From: Clostridia bacterium
Lineage (GTDB): Bacteria; Bacillota; Clostridia; Christensenellales; UBA1242
DNA length: 48,608 bases
Reading direction: 5' to 3'
Assembly: GCA_045638465.1 (NCBI GenBank)
Contig: JAZUBK010000017.1
Location: forward strand, 1-48,608
Part shown: positions 1-8,964 of the stretch, in pieces
How the letters are laid out: each line of letters starts with the position of its first letter
Numbering within the stretch: position 1 is the first letter of the stretch
Translations under genes and position numbers: made by a program
Notes under the pieces: generated by a model
The model's database searches: none
Seen by the model: the letters and a program-made list of their open reading frames with translations, nothing else
Told to the model about the DNA's origin: nothing

Positions 1-20
1 ATTACTTTATCAGTATACAT
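1..20 (-). CDS. iscU: Fe-S cluster scaffold IscU/NifU, N-terminal fragment running off the window
   Basis: ATG at 20 overlaps the iscS stop (TAATG) and follows an AGGAGG RBS. It translates MYTDKV, matching the MY(S/T)(E/D)KV start of NifU/IscU, in the canonical position after iscS. Confidence 0.75.
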
Positions 21-1201
21 TATTTGATTCCTCCTCTTGGTGATTTTTTACTTAATGGTGACATTTGTCTTAATTTTTTAACATTTTTCTTCAAAGATTC
101 GATTACATAATCAACTTCTTCTTTAGATGTTGATTTGCAGAAAGCAAATCTTAGTGAACCTTGAGCAACCTCTGGGCTAAGGCCAATAGCTTTTAGCACG
201 TGTGAAGTTTCTAAGCTTCCAGAAGAACATGCAGAACCTGTAGAAACTGCGATTCCATCAAGGTCAAGAAGCAAAAGTAATGATTCGCCTTCTATGAAAT
301 TAAATGAGATATTTACAAGGCCAGGAAGTCTTTGAACGGCATGACCATTTACTTTTACATCTTCAATTTCTTTAACGATGTTTGTAGTAAAGTACTCTCT
401 CATCATTTTTAGTTTTTTGTTATTTATAGATAAATCTCTAACAGCAATCTCAATAGCTTTACCAAAACCTACAATACTAGGAACGTTATGAGTACCACCT
501 CTCTTGCCTCTTTCTTGGTTTCCACCGTTAATCAAGTTGTTAATTTTGATACCTTTTTTTACATATAAAGCACCAACACCTTTTGGGCCATAGATTTTGT
601 GAGCAGACATGCTCATAGCATCTATATCCAAAGCCTTAACATCAAGTGTTAGAGCACCCACTGCTTGTACTGCATCTGTATGGAAAATTGCGTTCTTTTC
701 GTGAGCAATCTTTGCGATTGTTTGGATATTTTGGATAGTACCAATTTCGTTATTTGCAGTCATGATACTGACTAAGATTGTTTTATCATCAATCTCATGC
801 AATAGGTCTGCAATACTAACCAAGCCATTATGGTCAACAGGAAGATAAGAAACTCTAAAACCCATTGTCTCTAACTTTTTGCAAGTATCCAAAACAGAGT
901 GGTGTTCAATCTTTGATGTAATGATGTGATCACCTTTTGATTTGTTTGCTAAGGCAAGGCCCATTAGAGCCCAGTTATTTGCCTCTGTGCCACCACTTGT
1001 AAAATATATTTCGTTACTATTTGAACCGATAGCTTTTGCAACTCTGTCTCTTGCTTTGTCAACCAAACTATTTGCTTCTCTACCAAAGCTATGAAGACTT
1101 GCGGCATTACCATACATAGTGTTAAAAGCTGGTAACATCTCTGTCAAAACTTCATTTGAAACATAAGTTGTTGCTGCGTTGTCTAAATAAATTTTTCTCA
1201 T
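20..1201 (-). CDS. iscS: Cysteine desulfurase IscS/NifS
   Basis: IYLDNAATT, FTSGGTEANN, HTDAVQ, SAHKIYGPKG (PLP lysine) and STGSACSSG (catalytic Cys). Confidence 0.97.
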   Translation of the reverse strand: MRKIYLDNAATTYVSNEVLTEMLPAFNTMYGNAASLHSFGREANSLVDKARDRVAKAIGSNSNEIYFTSGGTEANNWALMGLALANKSKGDHIITSKIEHHSVLDTCKKLETMGFRVSYLPVDHNGLVSIADLLHEIDDKTILVSIMTANNEIGTIQNIQTIAKIAHEKNAIFHTDAVQAVGALTLDVKALDIDAMSMSAHKIYGPKGVGALYVKKGIKINNLINGGNQERGKRGGTHNVPSIVGFGKAIEIAVRDLSINNKKLKMMREYFTTNIVKEIEDVKVNGHAVQRLPGLVNISFNFIEGESLLLLLDLDGIAVSTGSACSSGSLETSHVLKAIGLSPEVAQGSLRFAFCKSTSKEEVDYVIESLKKNVKKLRQMSPLSKKSPRGGIK

Positions 1202-1261
1202 AAAAGCTCCCCTTTCGAGTCGTCAAAATATTCACACATTATGACATTTTACTATGTAAAT

Positions 1262-1290
1262 AGTTTATCACACTGGTATTTTGGTGTCAA
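1262..1290 (-). promoter_or_regulatory. SigA-type promoter of iscS-iscU
   Basis: TTGACA-17 bp-TAAACT with a TG extension. Confidence 0.7.
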
Positions 1291-1313
1291 TCCTATATTT
1301 TTATTATAAAAAT

Positions 1314-1345
1314 AAAAAAGGCAATAAAGTATTTTTACTGCCTTT
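1314..1345 (-). terminator. Intrinsic terminator after trxA
   Basis: AAAGGCAGTAAA/TTTATTGCCTTT hairpin followed by a T-run on the minus strand. Confidence 0.75.
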
Positions 1346-1350
1346 AACTT

Positions 1351-1671
1351 TTAATCTAAATTTGTGATTGTGTCTACAATTTCTTTTTCTTGTCTGTAAC
1401 CTACAAGTCTTTTTCTTTCTTCACCCTCATACAAAAAAGCCATTGTTGGTACACTCATAATACCAAATTTCTTTGCTATTTCTTCGCACTCATCAACATT
1501 AACCTTAACAATTAGGTAGTTTTCGTCCAATTTCTTTGCCACTTTTTCCAAAACCGGAGAAAGCATCTTACATGGAGGGCACCATGTAGCATAAAAGTCA
1601 ACAAGTACTGTATCTACAGATTTTACTAGTTCTTCAAAGTCTTTTTCATTAGCAATAACGATATTTGCCAT
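1351..1671 (-). CDS. trxA: Thioredoxin (WCPPC active site)
   Basis: VLVDFYATWCPPCK and cis-Pro motif SVPT. Start moved to the ATG at 1671 (MANIV) because AGGAGG lies just upstream. Confidence 0.93.
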   Translation of the reverse strand: MANIVIANEKDFEELVKSVDTVLVDFYATWCPPCKMLSPVLEKVAKKLDENYLIVKVNVDECEEIAKKFGIMSVPTMAFLYEGEERKRLVGYRQEKEIVDTITNLD

Positions 1672-1681
1672 AAAACACCTC

Positions 1682-2935
1682 CTATCTAAAAAGGTCAATA
1701 AGTTTATCAAAAGATACTTTTGACTCTTCACCGCTTTCCATATTCTTTACGGTCATCATATTATTTGCAAGTTCATCCCCACCTAAAACAAAAACATATT
1801 TTGCAGAGATTTTGTTTGCATATTTAAATTGAGCTTTGAAACTTCTATCCAAAAGGTCAGTTTCGCAAGTGATACCATTATTACGAAGTTCTTTTGCGAT
1901 TTCTACATCTTTGTTTGTTTCAAGACCAGGTTGTTTTGCGATATAAACTTGAACTTGATTTTCGTTTGGTATTTCTCTACCTGTTTGTTCTATTACCATA
2001 AGTAATCTTTCAAGTCCCATACCAAAACCAACAGCTGGAGTGTGAGGGCCAGACAATTCTTCAACTAAGTAATTGTATCTTCCGCCTCCACCAACAACGC
2101 CAACAGAACCCATACCCTCAATATTTGCAAAGAACTCAAATACTGTACGAGTATAATAGTCCAATCCTCTAACAACGTTGTAGTCTACTACATAGTTTAT
2201 CTTTGCATCATCAAGAAGTTTTAATAGTTTTGCAAAGTGCTCTTTGCAATCATCACAAAGATAATCTTTTAGCATAGGCCTATCTGCAAGAAGCTCTTGG
2301 CAGTGCTCTACCTTGCAGTCTAGTATTCTTAGTGGATTTGTACCAAACCTTCTGTTACAGTCACCACACATATCTTTTAGTCTTGGCTCAATATATGATT
2401 TAAGTGCCTCATTGTATTTTTTTCTACAATCGCTACAACCAATAGAATTGATGTGAACAACTATATCATCAAGACCAATGCTTTTCAAAAAGTCAGTGGC
2501 CAAAGATATTACTTCTAGTTCACATTTTGGGCTATCACTACCATAATACTCTATTCCAAATTGGTGATGTTGTCTTAGTCTTCCTGCTTGTGGATTTTCG
2601 TATCTAAAGATAGGGCTTACATAGTACATCTTAGTTGGTTGTGGGTTATTAAACAAACCATTTTCGATATAACTTCTAGCAACACCTGCAGTGCCTTCTG
2701 GCTTTAGAGTAATACTTCTATCACCTTTATCAAGGAAAGTATACATTTCTTTGTTTACAATGTCAGTGCTATTTCCGATACCACGAAGGAAAAGTTCTGT
2801 ATGTTCAAATACAGGAGTTCTTATTTCTTTTACATTATAAATCTTTGTAACTTTTCTTATTCTTTCTTCCAAAAAGTGCCATTTGTAAGCATTTTGAGGA
2901 AGAAGGTCTTTTGTACCCTTTGGAATTTCTATCAT
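1682..2935 (-). CDS. hisS: Histidyl-tRNA ligase
   Basis: PKGTKD, LKPEGTAG, FRYENPQAGRLRQHHQ, VRGLDYYT, GGGRY, GFGMGLER and a C-terminal anticodon-binding domain. Confidence 0.98.
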   Translation of the reverse strand: MIEIPKGTKDLLPQNAYKWHFLEERIRKVTKIYNVKEIRTPVFEHTELFLRGIGNSTDIVNKEMYTFLDKGDRSITLKPEGTAGVARSYIENGLFNNPQPTKMYYVSPIFRYENPQAGRLRQHHQFGIEYYGSDSPKCELEVISLATDFLKSIGLDDIVVHINSIGCSDCRKKYNEALKSYIEPRLKDMCGDCNRRFGTNPLRILDCKVEHCQELLADRPMLKDYLCDDCKEHFAKLLKLLDDAKINYVVDYNVVRGLDYYTRTVFEFFANIEGMGSVGVVGGGGRYNYLVEELSGPHTPAVGFGMGLERLLMVIEQTGREIPNENQVQVYIAKQPGLETNKDVEIAKELRNNGITCETDLLDRSFKAQFKYANKISAKYVFVLGGDELANNMMTVKNMESGEESKVSFDKLIDLFR

Positions 2936-2952
2936 AGTTTTTCTCCGTAAAA

Positions 2953-4278
2953 TTATTCTTCGCCACCAAATCCCATATTCTTTTTAGTAGATTTGACAAC
3001 ATTTCCTAAAATTTTCTTAACATATTCTTTATCTACAACAACGTCAATCATTGGGTGGTCGCCACTTGCGTTAAAGCTTATGTCCTCAAGCAAAGCCTCC
3101 ATTATAGTATGAAGTCTTCTTGCACCCAAGTTTTCATTGTTGTTATTTGCTTTTTCTGCATACTCTGCTATTTCTTTCAAAGCCTCTTCTTTCAAGATAA
3201 GGTTGATATTATCAACTTTCAAAAGTTCTTGATATTGTAATGTAACAGCATTTTGAGGTTCTGTCAATATCTTTAAAAATTCTTTTGCAGTCAAATTATC
3301 AAGTTCTACTCTTATTGGGAATCTGCCTTGGAACTCCGGTATAAGGTCATCCATCTTGCTAACGTGGAAAGCACCTGCGGCAATAAACAATATAAAGTCT
3401 GTTCTTATTGTTCCATATTTTGTTGATACTGTACAACCTTCTACTATAGGTAGAATATCTCTTTGTACACCCTCTCTACTTACGTCTGGACCACCACGAT
3501 TACCTTTTCCTGCAACCTTGTCTATCTCATCTATAAAGATGATACCTTCTTGCTCAGCTCTTGAGATAGCTTCGCTATTTACACTGTCAAGATCGATAAG
3601 TTTGTCGCTTTCTTCCGCCATCAAACTTTCTCTTGCTTGTTTAACAGTCATCTTTCTTTTCTTCTTTCTTCCGCCACCAAAAGCATCGCCAAAGATGTTT
3701 CCTATATCTAGTTCTACACCACTGCCTGGCATAAGATTTAGTTGTTTAGGGGCTTGTTTTATCTCTAATTCGATAAGTTCATCGTCATAGTCGCCTCTAA
3801 TTAATCTTTCTAAAACAGTATGCTTAAACTCTTCTTCGTCGGTGATAACATCTGCAGCAGCCTTTTTGATAGGAAAGACAATATCAAGAAGTTTGTTATT
3901 TACTATGGGTGTTGCCTTTGCTGCAACCTCTGATAGTTTTTCTTCTTTGACAAGTCTTACTGCAGTTTCTACCAAGTCTCTAATCATGCTCTCTACATCT
4001 CTACCAACATAACCAACTTCGGTAAATTTTGTAGCTTCTACTTTGATAAAAGGTGCTTTGACAAGACGAGCAAGTCTTCTTGCTATTTCTGTTTTACCTA
4101 CACCAGTAGGACCTTTTAGTATGATGTTTTTTGGTGTGATCTCTTCTCTAAGTTCTACAGGAAGTTTGCTTCTTCTGTATCTGTTACGCAAAGCAATAGC
4201 AACTGCTTTTTTTGCTTTGTCTTGACCGATAATATATTTGTCAAGTTCGGTAACAATTTGTTTTGGTGATAAATTCAT
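2953..4278 (-). CDS. hslU: HslU/ClpY AAA+ ATPase with a non-canonical C-terminus
   Basis: IIGQDKAKKAVAIALRNRYRR, Walker A GPTGVGKT, pore loop GYVG, Walker B IFIDEIDK, SREGVQRD, PEFQGRFPIRVEL and GARRLHT. Confidence 0.97.
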   Translation of the reverse strand: MNLSPKQIVTELDKYIIGQDKAKKAVAIALRNRYRRSKLPVELREEITPKNIILKGPTGVGKTEIARRLARLVKAPFIKVEATKFTEVGYVGRDVESMIRDLVETAVRLVKEEKLSEVAAKATPIVNNKLLDIVFPIKKAAADVITDEEEFKHTVLERLIRGDYDDELIELEIKQAPKQLNLMPGSGVELDIGNIFGDAFGGGRKKKRKMTVKQARESLMAEESDKLIDLDSVNSEAISRAEQEGIIFIDEIDKVAGKGNRGGPDVSREGVQRDILPIVEGCTVSTKYGTIRTDFILFIAAGAFHVSKMDDLIPEFQGRFPIRVELDNLTAKEFLKILTEPQNAVTLQYQELLKVDNINLILKEEALKEIAEYAEKANNNNENLGARRLHTIMEALLEDISFNASGDHPMIDVVVDKEYVKKILGNVVKSTKKNMGFGGEE

Positions 4279-4279
4279 A

Positions 4280-5593
4280 TTAAACCTCTGTTTCTTTAAT
4301 TATTCTTTCTAGTTCTAAAATTGACCTTTCGGCATACATTTGTTTTTTCAATTTATCGTCTTTTACACGCTCAGTCAATGGCTCAATTATTCCGTAATTT
4401 GAATTCATCGGTTGGAAACCATTTGGACTTGCATTTGTAATATAATTTATTATAGCACCAAACATTGTTTTTGGCGATAAAATAAATGGTTTTTTGTTAT
4501 TAATCATTTGATATACATTTATCGCAGCTATAAGGCCACTAAATGTACTTTCTAAATACCCCTCTACACCACTAAGTTGACCCGCAACAAAGATATTTTT
4601 ATCACTCTTTAGTTGGAAGGTATTTGTTAGCAAGGTCGGAGCGTTAATATATGAGTTTCTATGCATAACTCCATATCGTACAAAATTTGCCTTTTCAAGA
4701 CCAGGAATCATACTAAATACTCTTTTTTGCTCTGGGTATGTAAGGTTTGTTTGAAAACCTACTAAATTATAAAGTCTGTTTTCATTATCTTCTTTGCGTA
4801 ATTGCACTACAGCATATGGCTTTTCGTCTTTGTGTGGATTTGCAAGGCCCACAGGTTTTAGCGGACCAAATCTTATACTATCTTCTCCACGCTTTGCCAT
4901 TACCTCTACAGGCATACAACCCTCAAAGACTTTTTTATTTTCAAACTCATGAAGTTTGACAGACTCTGCGTTTATAAGTTCGTTATAAAACTTTAGGTAC
5001 TCTTCTTTGTTCATCGGACAGTTGATATAGTCGCCATTTCCTTTGCCATATCTATCCCCTACAAAGGCAATGTCCATATTTATACTTTCTGCAGTAACAA
5101 TAGGACTAGAAGCGTCAAAAAAGTATAAATATTCGCTGTTTATTTTTAATTGCAAATCTTTGATTATCTCATCGCTACTAAGAGGACCTGTTGCAATAAT
5201 TACAACTTCGTTTTCCGGAATCTTAGTTACTTCTTCGTTTATAATTTCAATATTATCAAAAGATTTTAAAGTCTCTGTTATATATTCAGAGAATTTATCT
5301 CTATCTACCGCCAGTGCTCCACCTGCAGAAACAGAGTGTTTGTATGCGGCCTTTATAATCAAACTATCAAGCATTTCCATTTCTTTTTTCAAAAGACCTG
5401 AGCTTGTAGTTAGTTCTTTAGCTTTAAGGCTATTGCTACAAACAAGTTCTGCAAAGTTTGTATTTTTGTGTGCAGGAGTAAACTTATGAGGTTTCATTTC
5501 ATAAAGTTTTACATTTACTCCCCTTTTGGCTAGTTGGTAAGCAGCTTCGCTCCCTGCAAGACCTGCGCCAATTATTGTAACATTATTTGTCAT
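4280..5593 (-). CDS. trmFO: Folate/FAD-dependent tRNA m5U54 methyltransferase TrmFO (Gid)
   Basis: IIGAGLAGSEAA, AELVCSNSL, FEGCMPVE, VGFQTNL, RYGVMHRN and AGQLSGVEGY. Confidence 0.97.
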   Translation of the reverse strand: MTNNVTIIGAGLAGSEAAYQLAKRGVNVKLYEMKPHKFTPAHKNTNFAELVCSNSLKAKELTTSSGLLKKEMEMLDSLIIKAAYKHSVSAGGALAVDRDKFSEYITETLKSFDNIEIINEEVTKIPENEVVIIATGPLSSDEIIKDLQLKINSEYLYFFDASSPIVTAESINMDIAFVGDRYGKGNGDYINCPMNKEEYLKFYNELINAESVKLHEFENKKVFEGCMPVEVMAKRGEDSIRFGPLKPVGLANPHKDEKPYAVVQLRKEDNENRLYNLVGFQTNLTYPEQKRVFSMIPGLEKANFVRYGVMHRNSYINAPTLLTNTFQLKSDKNIFVAGQLSGVEGYLESTFSGLIAAINVYQMINNKKPFILSPKTMFGAIINYITNASPNGFQPMNSNYGIIEPLTERVKDDKLKKQMYAERSILELERIIKETEV

Positions 5594-7871
5594 TTTCTTC
5601 CTTTGTAATAGTTGAGGTATAATCGCACTCTGTATTACTACATTTAATTTTTGTTTCTTTCTTTAATTCTTTCTTTGTTAGGTATTTACCACATTTTGGG
5701 CACTTTTCTTGCATAGGGATATCCCAGCTCATAAACTTGCAATCTGGGTAACCACTACAACCATAGAAGATTTTGCCTTTGCCACCACGTCTTTCAAATA
5801 CTGGCTTTCCACAATCTGGGCAAACACCAACAGGCTCTTTTGGCATAACATCATCAAGCCCTTTGATATTTTTGCAAGTTGGATAATTAGAACAAGCAAA
5901 GAACTTACCATATCTTCCATTACGAAGGACCATATCACTACCACATTTGTCGCACTTTAGGTCCATTTCTTTTAACTTTTTATCTTCTTCACTTTCTTGC
6001 TTTTCGCCATTTTGTTCATTTAGTTGTTTTACGTTGCGGCATTTTGGGAAGTTAGGACATGCAAGGAATTTACCGAACTTGCCATCTCTTACTACCATAT
6101 TTGCTCCGCACTTGTCACAAATAACATCTGTTACTTCTACTGCCATTTTTACTTTTTTACTCCCTGTTAATGCAAAATGTAATTTATCTTCAAAGCCGTT
6201 ATAAAAGTCGGCTACGATTTTTTGCCAATTTTCTTTTCCTTCTTCTACAAGGTCAAGTTTTTCTTCCATACCTGCAGTGAAAGAAATATCCATAATATCA
6301 ACAAAATATTTTTCCAAAAATTCTACAACAGTCACACCAAGTTCGGTAGGAACTAGATACTTGCCTTCTTTTTCGGTGTAGTTTCTATTAGCCAAAACCA
6401 AAATAGTAGGTGCGTATGTTGCTGGTCTACCGATACCTTTATCTTCCATTGCTTTGACTAAAGTAGCGTCGGTATATCTTACTGGTGGCTTAGTAAATTT
6501 TTGTTCTTTCAAAACATCTTGAAGAGATAGTTTGTCGCCTTGCTCTAGTGGAGGAAGGTTTATTCCATCTTTTGGTTCGTCTTGTTTGTCGTCGTCTTTT
6601 TCTTCATAAATTTTGTATGCGGCTGTAAAACCAGCAAACAAAAGTGTCTTACCTGTAACTTTAAAGCCATAATCTCCAGCTGATATATTTACAGTAAGTG
6701 TATTATAAGTAGCCTCAGCCATTTGACTGGCTACAAATCTATCATAGATAAGTTTATATAGTTTATAAACATTAGAAGATCCACCAAAGTTTGCTTTTAC
6801 TTCTTCTGGTGTTCTTTCAAGAGAAATAGGCCTTATCGCTTCGTGGGCGTCTTGGGCGTTTTTCTTAGTTTTAAAAACATTATAACTGCTTGGTGCATAG
6901 TCTTTACCATATTTGTTTATGATATACTCTTTTGCCATAGCTTGAGCTTCTGGTGAAACTCTGGTTGAGTCAGTTCTGATATAAGTAATAAGCGCTGTCT
7001 TGCCACCCTCTTTGAAGTTTACGCCTTCGTATAAAGTTTGAGCAGTCATTGTTACTTCTTTTAGGCTCATACCTAGTTTGTTCATCGCATCTTGTTGCAT
7101 AGTACTAGTAATAAATGGTGCTGGAGCAGATGATTTAGAAACTGCCTTTTTTACACTATCTACAACAAAGTCTTGAGCTTTTATATAATCAATTATATCA
7201 AGAGTTGTTCTCTCACTATCGCTTTCGTACTTTTTGCCTTTGTATGTTGTCAGAGCTGCTTTAAATTTGTTGCTGCTTCCTTTTGTAAGCAGTGCAGTAA
7301 TATTCCAATACTCTTTTGGTTTAAAAGCTCTTATTTCTTTTTCTTTTTCAACAACTAGTTTTAGTGCTACAGATTGAACACGACCAGCACTTAGGTTGCT
7401 TTTTATCTTTTTGCAAAGAATAGGCGATACTTGATAACCAACTAATCTATCAAGAACTCTTCTGCCTTGTTGAGCATGAACCAAATTCATATCGATTGTT
7501 CTTGGGGCATTGATTGCTTTGTTTACAACATTTTTAGAAATTTCATTAAATACAACTCTGCAAGGGTTGTTTTCGTCTATTTTCAAAATATGTTGTAAGT
7601 GCCATGCTATAGCCTCTCCCTCTCTATCAGGGTCGGTTGCGATAATAACTTGTTCTGCCTTACCTGCTTTTTCAAGAAGTGTCTTTATAACATCTCTTTT
7701 GTCTGGCATAATTTCGTATTTTGGTTCAAAGTTATGATTTATGTCTATTGCGATAGATTTTGCTGGTAAATCTCTAACATGACCTTTGGTCGCAAATACA
7801 TCATATTCGTTTCCTAAATATTTTTTTAAGGTGTCTCTTTTACCAGGACCTTCGATTATAACTAATTTCAT
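5583..7871 (-). CDS. topA: DNA topoisomerase I with four C-terminal zinc ribbons
   Basis: TOPRIM ATDPDREGEAI, SAGRVQS, catalytic ITYIRTDS, QDAHEAIRP, GIGRPATY and four C4 ribbons. Confidence 0.98.
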   Translation of the reverse strand: MKLVIIEGPGKRDTLKKYLGNEYDVFATKGHVRDLPAKSIAIDINHNFEPKYEIMPDKRDVIKTLLEKAGKAEQVIIATDPDREGEAIAWHLQHILKIDENNPCRVVFNEISKNVVNKAINAPRTIDMNLVHAQQGRRVLDRLVGYQVSPILCKKIKSNLSAGRVQSVALKLVVEKEKEIRAFKPKEYWNITALLTKGSSNKFKAALTTYKGKKYESDSERTTLDIIDYIKAQDFVVDSVKKAVSKSSAPAPFITSTMQQDAMNKLGMSLKEVTMTAQTLYEGVNFKEGGKTALITYIRTDSTRVSPEAQAMAKEYIINKYGKDYAPSSYNVFKTKKNAQDAHEAIRPISLERTPEEVKANFGGSSNVYKLYKLIYDRFVASQMAEATYNTLTVNISAGDYGFKVTGKTLLFAGFTAAYKIYEEKDDDKQDEPKDGINLPPLEQGDKLSLQDVLKEQKFTKPPVRYTDATLVKAMEDKGIGRPATYAPTILVLANRNYTEKEGKYLVPTELGVTVVEFLEKYFVDIMDISFTAGMEEKLDLVEEGKENWQKIVADFYNGFEDKLHFALTGSKKVKMAVEVTDVICDKCGANMVVRDGKFGKFLACPNFPKCRNVKQLNEQNGEKQESEEDKKLKEMDLKCDKCGSDMVLRNGRYGKFFACSNYPTCKNIKGLDDVMPKEPVGVCPDCGKPVFERRGGKGKIFYGCSGYPDCKFMSWDIPMQEKCPKCGKYLTKKELKKETKIKCSNTECDYTSTITKEENDK

Positions 7872-7880
7872 AAAAACTCC

Positions 7881-8963
7881 TTATTTTGCCGAATACATAT
7901 TTCCTGCTAGTTTTTTTATTAAACCATTTAGCGACATAGTTGTCAACAATGTATTAAGCGTTTTTGTATCAAATTTTGTCCTATCTAGTATTTCTTGAAA
8001 ATAAACTTCTTCCTCTCCGATAGCATCAAGAATAATTTGCTCATCGATAGAAACCGAAATTGATTTTTCCTTTGGCACAAATTTGATATTATATTCATCT
8101 AAAATATCGTCTAAATCACAAACTGCCTTAGCTTGGCCATTTGCAATTATACGGTTACAACCTTTGCTTACAGAACTAGTAATATTGCCAGGAACGGCAT
8201 AAACATCTTTTCCATAATCTAAGGCATAATTTTTTGTATACATAGAACCTGACTTCTCATCAGCTTCGGTAATAAGAGTACCTACGCTCAAAGCCGCTAT
8301 GATTCTATTTCTTATTGGGAAGTAATAAGTCCTTGCTTTTTCTACAGGTTTTATCTCTGTTACAAGCAGCCCTTTGTTTGCAATCTCCATTGCAAGATTT
8401 GTATTGGTATCAGGATAGATATTATCAAAACCACCTGCAAGAACGGCAATAGTTTTTCCGTTTTCTTCAAGGGCGGTTTTATGTGCGATAGTATCAACGC
8501 CTGATGATAAGCCGCTAACTATAGTAAACCCGGCATTTGCTAGGCCTTTTGCAAACTTTTCAGTAACGGTTCTGCCGTAATTTGTAATACGGCGAGTACC
8601 AACTATTGCAAAACACTTTGACTTTAGCAGTGAAATATCGCCTTTGCAATACAAAACAAATGGTGGACAATCTGTGTTTAGCAAACTCTCAGGATAGTCA
8701 TTTGAAAATTTAGTAACGGCTATTACCCCTTTTTTATCCAAATTTTCAGCCAAGCTATCAAGTGCTCTTTCGCTATGACCGTAGGCCATTTTGTTATATA
8801 AACTTTCTGTAAGTATTTGAGATAGCAGTTCTCTTTCGGCCAAAAAGTTATCAAAAAGTTTTGACGGAGAATCAAACTCATCTAAAATATACTCTTTCTT
8901 TTTGTAGCTCAAATTGTCAAACAAATCAAGCCACAACAAAACTTTATCATCTTTTGTATACAT
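7881..8963 (-). CDS. dprA: DNA-processing protein DprA
   Basis: AIVGTR, IVSGLSSGVD, FPIRNRIIAALS, EADEKSGS, AVPGNI and a C-terminal winged-helix-like region. Confidence 0.96.
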   Translation of the reverse strand: MYTKDDKVLLWLDLFDNLSYKKKEYILDEFDSPSKLFDNFLAERELLSQILTESLYNKMAYGHSERALDSLAENLDKKGVIAVTKFSNDYPESLLNTDCPPFVLYCKGDISLLKSKCFAIVGTRRITNYGRTVTEKFAKGLANAGFTIVSGLSSGVDTIAHKTALEENGKTIAVLAGGFDNIYPDTNTNLAMEIANKGLLVTEIKPVEKARTYYFPIRNRIIAALSVGTLITEADEKSGSMYTKNYALDYGKDVYAVPGNITSSVSKGCNRIIANGQAKAVCDLDDILDEYNIKFVPKEKSISVSIDEQIILDAIGEEEVYFQEILDRTKFDTKTLNTLLTTMSLNGLIKKLAGNMYSAK

Positions 8964-8964
8964 A

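Noticed and set aside
2940-3010. Possible frameshift hiding a canonical HslU DLSRFIL tail
   Set aside because: The other two frames give SNLLKRIWDL... or an immediate stop; neither resembles the canonical tail.
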